A program made the translations under genes and the position numbers. A DNA stretch of 64,000 nucleotides. Source: Planctomycetota bacterium. Lineage in GTDB: Bacteria; Planctomycetota; UBA8108; UBA1146; JAJFFE01. The notes under the pieces were generated by a model that was given only the letters and a program-made list of their open reading frames with translations, was not told where the DNA came from and searched no databases. Location: the NCBI GenBank assembly GCA_046154185.1, contig JBJXGE010000032.1:139163-203162 (forward strand). Reading direction: 5' to 3'. Shown here piece after piece: positions 58,738-64,000 of this stretch (positions are counted from its first letter, which is position 1; each line of letters starts with the position of its first letter).

Positions 58738-59906
58738 CGCACACTCTCCAAAAACCGGTCGAATAGGAATGCCGTGTCGCGCGGTCCCGGTGTCGCTTCC
58801 GGATGAAACTGCACCGTGTAGATTTGGCGCGACCGGTGTCGAATTCCCTCGTTCGTGCCGTCATTGGCGTTGACGAACCACTCCTGCCAGTCTTCCGGAA
58901 GCGTGCGAACATCGAGCGCATAGCCATGATTCTGGCTCGTTATGTAACAGCGTTGCGTGCCGACCTCGCGACACGGCTGGTTCTGACTGCGATGGCCAAA
59001 CGCGAGTTTATAGGTCTCGCAACCGAGCGCGCGACCGACGAGCTGATTGCCGAGACAGATACCGAAGATCGGCCGATCGCCGTTCAGTGCGCGACGCAAT
59101 TCGGCGATCGTCGCGTCCGCACGACGCGGATCGCCGGGACCGTTCGACACCAAGATCGCGTCGCCGTCGGCGCGCGCAAGATCGTAATCCCACGGCACGC
59201 GCAACACACTCGCGCCGCGCGCGAGCAAACTGCGGATGATGTTCTGCTTGGCGCCGCAGTCGACGAGCACGATTCGGGTCGCGCCATCTCCGTAGAGAAT
59301 GGGCTCGCGAATACTCACCTCGGCGACCAAGTTGCGCAGCGAGATGTCCTCGAACGGGCCGACGTCGGGGTCATCCGACGGCGCTCGATCGGGCGCGTCG
59401 ATCACGATCTTGCCGGCCTGACAGCCACCGTGTCGCAACTTTTGGGTCAACGCGCGCGTATCGATATCGCAGATTCCGAGGACGCCCTCCTCGGCCAGCC
59501 ACTGACTGAGCGAATTCGTCGCTTGCCAGTGACTATAGTCGTGCGACAGCGTCGAGACGACGAGACCGCTCACTTGGATGCGCTCGGACTCAAAACCTTC
59601 CATCAACGTCTCGGCGCGCCGACTTGTACTTGTCGTGCGCGGTCGGACTCCATAATTGCCGACCAACGGATACGTCATGACAAGGATCTGACCGCGATAG
59701 GACGGGTCGGTCATCGATTCCGGATACCCGACCATGCCCGTCGTGAATACGACTTCACCGGCCGCAGGAGTCTTTATCGTCGTCGATGAAACTGCACCGA
59801 AAGCGTGCCCGCGAAACTGCGTGCCATCGGAAAACACCAACCGAGCTTTGGGTCCGACCGCCTTGGGATCGACACAGTGGTTGGGGGATTCGCTACTTGC
59901 CGCCAT
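58734..59906 (-). CDS. carA: Carbamoyl-phosphate synthase small subunit (glutamine amidotransferase). The true start is probably a few codons inside the ORF.
   Basis: CarA N-domain plus class-I GATase (IFGICLGNQL, HGYAL). 4-bp overlap with carB. Confidence 0.9.
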   Translation of the reverse strand: MAASSESPNHCVDPKAVGPKARLVFSDGTQFRGHAFGAVSSTTIKTPAAGEVVFTTGMVGYPESMTDPSYRGQILVMTYPLVGNYGVRPRTTSTSRRAETLMEGFESERIQVSGLVVSTLSHDYSHWQATNSLSQWLAEEGVLGICDIDTRALTQKLRHGGCQAGKIVIDAPDRAPSDDPDVGPFEDISLRNLVAEVSIREPILYGDGATRIVLVDCGAKQNIIRSLLARGASVLRVPWDYDLARADGDAILVSNGPGDPRRADATIAELRRALNGDRPIFGICLGNQLVGRALGCETYKLAFGHRSQNQPCREVGTQRCYITSQNHGYALDVRTLPEDWQEWFVNANDGTNEGIRHRSRQIYTVQFHPEATPGPRDTAFLFDRFLESVR

Positions 59907-60029
59907 GCTCGGGAGTCTCCACGGCCTCGATGAACGACGCTTACCACCGCACTCACGGCCGTGGGAGCACAGTCTAGCGAGTGGCGCGTTCTGCGTCAGG
60001 GCTTGTTGTCGGGAAATGGCGCGGAAAAT

Positions 60030-60827
60030 TCAGCGCCAACCGACGACCGCGCCGTTGCGACCGGTGCGACCCGCGTCCCGGCGATGACTGAAATACCGAT
60101 CCGGTTGACAACAATTGCAGTCGGTGTGCACTTGGATCGCGGACGCATCGATGCCCGCAGCGCGCAAGATCGCGCGCTGCGCCATGCGCAGGTCGAGGCG
60201 GCGTCCGCGCCGCGCGGGCTCGACTTCCGTGCGTTGGGCGAGCGCACTAAAGACCTCCTCGCCCACTTCATAACAACACCCGCCGATGCCGGGCGAGATC
60301 GACGCCGCGAGCGCCGACGGCCGCGAACCCTCACGCTCCATCGCCGCGACGAGCGCTTCGATGACACCGAGCGCCGTGCCGCGCCAACCAGCGTGGGCGA
60401 CGCCCGCGCGCCGCGCAGGGACGTCGGCCAGCACGACCAGCGGGCAATCGGCGCTCAACGCCAGCGCAAAAACACCAGGCTCGGCGAGGAGGACGGCATC
60501 GTGACCACGTAGTCGCTGGGAAGTGGCGCGGCTGCCCTCGCCACAGTCCGCGGTCGTGACGCGTGCGACTTCGGCGCCGTGCACTTGGCCCGCAACGACC
60601 CATCGTTCGAGTGGCGCGTCGAGCGCGCGCGCAAGTCGCAATCGATTTTCGACAACCAGCGCCGCGTCGTCGGTCGTCGAAAAGCCGAGATTCAGGGAAG
60701 CAAACGGCGCCGCGCTCGCCCCACCCGTGCGACACGCGTAGTGCGCGACGAGTTCGGCGACCGCCGGAAAGAGCGGTAACGTCTCGACGACATTCATCTC
60801 GTGCAAATCTTTCGACGAGTCGCGCAC
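60030..60827 (-). CDS. pgeF: YfiH/PgeF family (DUF152, laccase-domain) protein
   Basis: Conserved HAGWRG and C-terminal CT...FSHRRD motifs of the family. Confidence 0.8.
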   Translation of the reverse strand: MRDSSKDLHEMNVVETLPLFPAVAELVAHYACRTGGASAAPFASLNLGFSTTDDAALVVENRLRLARALDAPLERWVVAGQVHGAEVARVTTADCGEGSRATSQRLRGHDAVLLAEPGVFALALSADCPLVVLADVPARRAGVAHAGWRGTALGVIEALVAAMEREGSRPSALAASISPGIGGCCYEVGEEVFSALAQRTEVEPARRGRRLDLRMAQRAILRAAGIDASAIQVHTDCNCCQPDRYFSHRRDAGRTGRNGAVVGWR

Positions 60828-60841
60828 AGACCACTGAAAAC

Positions 60842-62134
60842 CTACGCCGGTTTTGGCGGTCGCCGCAGTTCCTCGAGTAACGGCAGGATGAACTCAACGG
60901 CGAGTATCTTCGTGATCGCCGCCAACGGCACCGACAACAGGACGCCGACGAAGCCGAGCAGTTTGCCGAAGACGAGGAGAGTGACGATGATCGTGAGCGG
61001 ATGCAGCCCGACTTCCTTCCCGAGGAAGCGCGGAATCAGCACGAAACCTTCGGCTGCCTCCATCGCGCCGAACACCGCCGCTACGCCGACGAGCTGCAAT
61101 AGATTGTGGTGCTCAAACCAGGAAAGCCCCAGCGCGGGAACGACTGCCAGGAAGATGCCGATGTACGGGATTAGACTGACAAAGCCGGCCGCCAGTCCAA
61201 TCGGCAACCAAAACGGCACGCCCAACATCAAGAGCAGCAGCGCGGTGATCGCGCCCTTGAGTAAGCAAACGATCAAACGGCCACGAAAGAATGCCGCCAA
61301 CGTCGCGTCGATCTGACGAAAGATACGCATCACGCGTTCCCGTTGTTCGGACGGCAAGTAGCGCTCAATTGCCCCGATGATGCTGTCGAACTCGAGCAGA
61401 AAGAAAAACACGTACAAAGGGCACAGCACGAGATACGACAACAGTCGCAGAAAACCGACCGACTCGCTTGCGTCGTCGTCGACGGCCGCGAGCTGCGGGT
61501 CGCCCCCAGCACGCCGCTCCGCGAATTGCTCGACCATGAATTTCCAGGCTTGCTCGAGCCGCTGTTTGATCGTCTCGGTGTCGGACATCGCCGAGTCCGT
61601 CTCTCGCAGGATCGATTCGCGCTTTTCGTCGATCCACTCACGCGCCGCGTCGCGCCACTGCTCCGGGATGCCGAGCTGCGCCGGCAACTCGAACACCCAG
61701 TTTTTTAGCTGGATCAAATAGCCGGGGTCATACTTGTCGTTCTTGACGCGATCCACATAGTGGACGCCGGCACGCAGCTCGACCGGACCACCGGACTCCG
61801 ACAAGCCAGCCTTCGGAAACGCCGGCAGCCTGCGATCTCCGGCGAGCTTGAGATAGCCACTATGCACTCCTCGCATCATCAAGAAGCTGCCGCCGACTAT
61901 TCCGATCAACGCAAGCAGGTTCGCGACGATGAATATCACCAACACGGCATTGAACCGCGATAATCGCAGTCGCTGCAGCCGGTCGGCGATGGGATCGAGG
62001 ACGTATGCGATGAGGAACCCGAGCAAGAGCGGCGCGAAGATATCACTCAGCCAATAAATACCCGTGAGTGCTGCCACTGAGACAAGGAGCAGCAGGCCTA
62101 GCCGTACACCGCGCTTTCGTACGAAGCCTTCCAT
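60842..62134 (-). CDS. AI-2E family transporter (UPF0118/PerM-like permease)
   Basis: Multi-pass membrane protein with the characteristic C-terminal block SLIPYIGIFLAVVPALG. Confidence 0.8.
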   Translation of the reverse strand: MEGFVRKRGVRLGLLLLVSVAALTGIYWLSDIFAPLLLGFLIAYVLDPIADRLQRLRLSRFNAVLVIFIVANLLALIGIVGGSFLMMRGVHSGYLKLAGDRRLPAFPKAGLSESGGPVELRAGVHYVDRVKNDKYDPGYLIQLKNWVFELPAQLGIPEQWRDAAREWIDEKRESILRETDSAMSDTETIKQRLEQAWKFMVEQFAERRAGGDPQLAAVDDDASESVGFLRLLSYLVLCPLYVFFFLLEFDSIIGAIERYLPSEQRERVMRIFRQIDATLAAFFRGRLIVCLLKGAITALLLLMLGVPFWLPIGLAAGFVSLIPYIGIFLAVVPALGLSWFEHHNLLQLVGVAAVFGAMEAAEGFVLIPRFLGKEVGLHPLTIIVTLLVFGKLLGFVGVLLSVPLAAITKILAVEFILPLLEELRRPPKPA

Positions 62135-62559
62135 TCATCCTTTTCCGGGCTGTATTCAAGCACTGGCTTGACGCTGAACACGGCATGGAAGGGCAAGCCG
62201 TCATAACCCTTCGCGAAGTCCGCCTTGCTATCTGACTCCTGGCTGCCCATCAAGCCGTATTCGATCAGATTGAAAACGATGTCACCAAAGTCTTCGCTCT
62301 GACCGACCCCCCAACAATCGAGCACTGTCGGGGCGAGACAGCCAAAGCTGGCGATCGCGTGCTGGCGGATTCCCTCGAGCAGATCCTGTCCCGTCACGTG
62401 CTGGCTGGTCATGCCGCTGTCGGTCGATTTCGGTTTGTGCTTGAGCCGCACTGTGTAATCGAGCGCCTCGAAAACGAAGTTGTAGGCTTCGGGCATGAAG
62501 CGCCGATCTTGGCGCAATAGGGTTTGAAACCGTTCCTGAGGAGTGCCGTGCGTCATCGC
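62098..62559 (-). CDS. Conserved hypothetical cytoplasmic protein
   Basis: ORF with protein-like composition (MPEAYNFVFEALDYTV...). Start set at MTHGTPQ. No family assignment. Confidence 0.45.
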   Translation of the reverse strand, partial: AMTHGTPQERFQTLLRQDRRFMPEAYNFVFEALDYTVRLKHKPKSTDSGMTSQHVTGQDLLEGIRQHAIASFGCLAPTVLDCWGVGQSEDFGDIVFNLIEYGLMGSQESDSKADFAKGYDGLPFHAVFSVKPVLEYSPEKDEWKASYESAVYG

Positions 62560-62696
62560 TTTTCCCCGACTTAAGATTCCGAACGCGCCACGCGTCACTG
62601 CGACCTCGCGCCGATTTTTCTTATCGGCACGAGAACGCATGAGCCTTCGGGGGAATCTTCACATCCGCGAATTGAGCTCGGCGCAAGCTGAACGCG

Positions 62697-63650
62697 CTAA
62701 CCGCGCAGCAGCACCGCTAACCGCTCGACCACGAGCTCGGAATTGACGTTGATATCGAGATCACGATCGAGTTCGAGGACCGCAAGTGCGCGGCGTGCGG
62801 CGCGAATTCGCGCGAGCGGTTCGGTCACTCGATGGCCGGCATAGGCATCGGCCAAGAGGCCGAGGAGTGCGCGAAGTTTCTGCTTCTTCGACTCGCCAGG
62901 CAGCGCGTTGAGCGCGTCCGAGAGTCGCTCCGGGCTTTCCGCCAGCTCGTGGCCGTCCATCAGGGCGAGGAGCCGGTCGCGGCCAGCGCCCGTGTCCTCG
63001 CCGAGCGCGGCGATTCCGTTGATAAACCGCAATGCGCGACCGGGTGAGCCGGTTGCGGTCGAATAAAGCTCCGGCCAACCACCGACCGCGGCGCCGAGAC
63101 GCGCGAGCACCCGCTCAAACTCATCGGGTTCGAGCCCCGCGAACGGCACGCGTTGGCAACGCGATGCGATCGTCGGGAGCAATTGCGCGGGCCGACTCGT
63201 GATGAGGAGGAACACGACGCCCGGCGGCGGCTCCTCGAGAATCTTGAGGAGCGCATTCGCCGCTTCGTCCGCAAGCCGATCCGCGTCATCGAGAATCACA
63301 ACGCGGCGATCGCTCGTGCGAATCTGGAGCGTCGGATTGAGTTCGCGCACGGCGCCGATCTCGAGGCGCTTGCCTTCCTCCGCCTTGAGAATGGTCAGCG
63401 CCGTATGCGTGCCACCCGCGACGGCCCGACAAGCGGGGCAATGGCCGCAGCCGATCTCCGGCAGTCGCGGGCAGAACAGCGCCTGCGCGACGCCTTCCGC
63501 GCAAGCGCGCTTGCCGATGCCGTCGATTCCGACCAAGAGATACGCATGCGAAAGTTGGTCGCGGGCGATCACTGCCGCAAAGAACCGTTTGGCGAGCGCG
63601 TGGCCTTCGACATCCGCACAGATTGTCCGCACCGGTGAGATCGAAATCAC
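62697..63650 (-). CDS. holB: DNA polymerase III delta-prime subunit
   Basis: AAA+ clamp-loader motifs LLVGIDGIGKRACAEGVAQALFC and Zn-module CGHCPACR. GTG start at 63648-63650 with GAGGAG SD. tmk lies directly upstream (conserved tmk-holB order). Confidence 0.8.
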   Translation of the reverse strand: MISISPVRTICADVEGHALAKRFFAAVIARDQLSHAYLLVGIDGIGKRACAEGVAQALFCPRLPEIGCGHCPACRAVAGGTHTALTILKAEEGKRLEIGAVRELNPTLQIRTSDRRVVILDDADRLADEAANALLKILEEPPPGVVFLLITSRPAQLLPTIASRCQRVPFAGLEPDEFERVLARLGAAVGGWPELYSTATGSPGRALRFINGIAALGEDTGAGRDRLLALMDGHELAESPERLSDALNALPGESKKQKLRALLGLLADAYAGHRVTEPLARIRAARRALAVLELDRDLDINVNSELVVERLAVLLRG

Positions 63651-63660
63651 GTGCGGCTCC

Positions 63661-64000
63661 TCAGACAACTCTTGGCCAGGAGACTGGCCAGATGTCGGGC
63701 CAAATGTGATGGAGCGCGCCATCGACGCGCGCCGCAACCTCCGCCGGCGCGCCGCGGCCGTCGACGTGCACGATTCGGTCACGGTCGAGCCCCTGGATGC
63801 GCGCAAACGCCTCGTGCACACGCGGCAAGAACCCCGGCCGCCCCTCGATGCGGTCCGTTTGACTGCCGACGCGCGCGAGACAATCGGCGAGCGGCAGGTC
63901 CAGGACGACGTTCACGTCCGGGCGGCGCGCGCCAAGCACGACTCCACACAGTTCCTGCGCGCGCTCGAGGCCGAGTTCGCCGGCCAGGCCTTGATAGACG
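63661..64000 (-). CDS. tmk: Thymidylate kinase (partial; 5' end lies beyond the window)
   Basis: In-frame translation to the window edge reads VYQGLAGELGLERAQEL...PDVNVVLDLP...DRIE, matching the Tmk LID/C-terminal region. Confidence 0.75.
   Translation of the reverse strand, partial: VYQGLAGELGLERAQELCGVVLGARRPDVNVVLDLPLADCLARVGSQTDRIEGRPGFLPRVHEAFARIQGLDRDRIVHVDGRGAPAEVAARVDGALHHIWPDIWPVSWPRVV

Overview
This 64 kb window is a GC-rich (visibly about 65-70% GC), densely coding bacterial chromosome segment. Dockerin-type repeats, a DUF1573 protein, several prepilin-type N-terminal pseudopilins and a PilX-N-like protein suggest, by inference only, a Planctomycetota-like organism. About 55 genes can be supported. 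Housekeeping genes include rpoD, aspartate kinase, a LeuA-family synthase, leuB, ygfZ, ychF, pepA, aspS, carA/carB, holB and a partial tmk, plus a yifB/comM ATPase. A minus-strand acyl-CoA catabolic operon runs hbd, acd, meaB, acd, thiolase, and a fused isobutyryl-CoA mutase (icmF) lies nearby, followed on the same strand, after a 31-nt gap, by a gene for a large secreted thioredoxin-fold protein (the first selenoprotein candidate below). Other genes include an ETF:quinone oxidoreductase, an ABC-2 transporter with one ATPase and two permeases, a PadR pair, an S41 C-terminal processing peptidase, an AI-2E transporter and pgeF. There are also many secreted or fusion proteins: an FHA/trypsin-like protease, a parvulin+cyclophilin PPIase, an esterase/NTF2/histidine-phosphatase fusion, a dockerin-tagged cytochrome c peroxidase, and a histone-H1-like Bcp peroxiredoxin. 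No rRNA, tRNA, CRISPR array or recognisable mobile element was found. The most notable observation is two thioredoxin-fold genes interrupted by in-frame TGA codons, each followed about 20 nt later by a hairpin with a GG-containing apical loop that resembles a bacterial SECIS element. In the TlpA-like gene the TGA falls exactly on the first Cys of the CxxC redox motif (F-W-G-V-G-U-G-P-C), which makes it a strong selenoprotein candidate. A second striking feature is an intergenic block near 26.9-27.1 kb: four tandem ~29-nt units that each form a rho-independent terminator on the minus strand, flanked by two copies of another 30-nt hairpin repeat.
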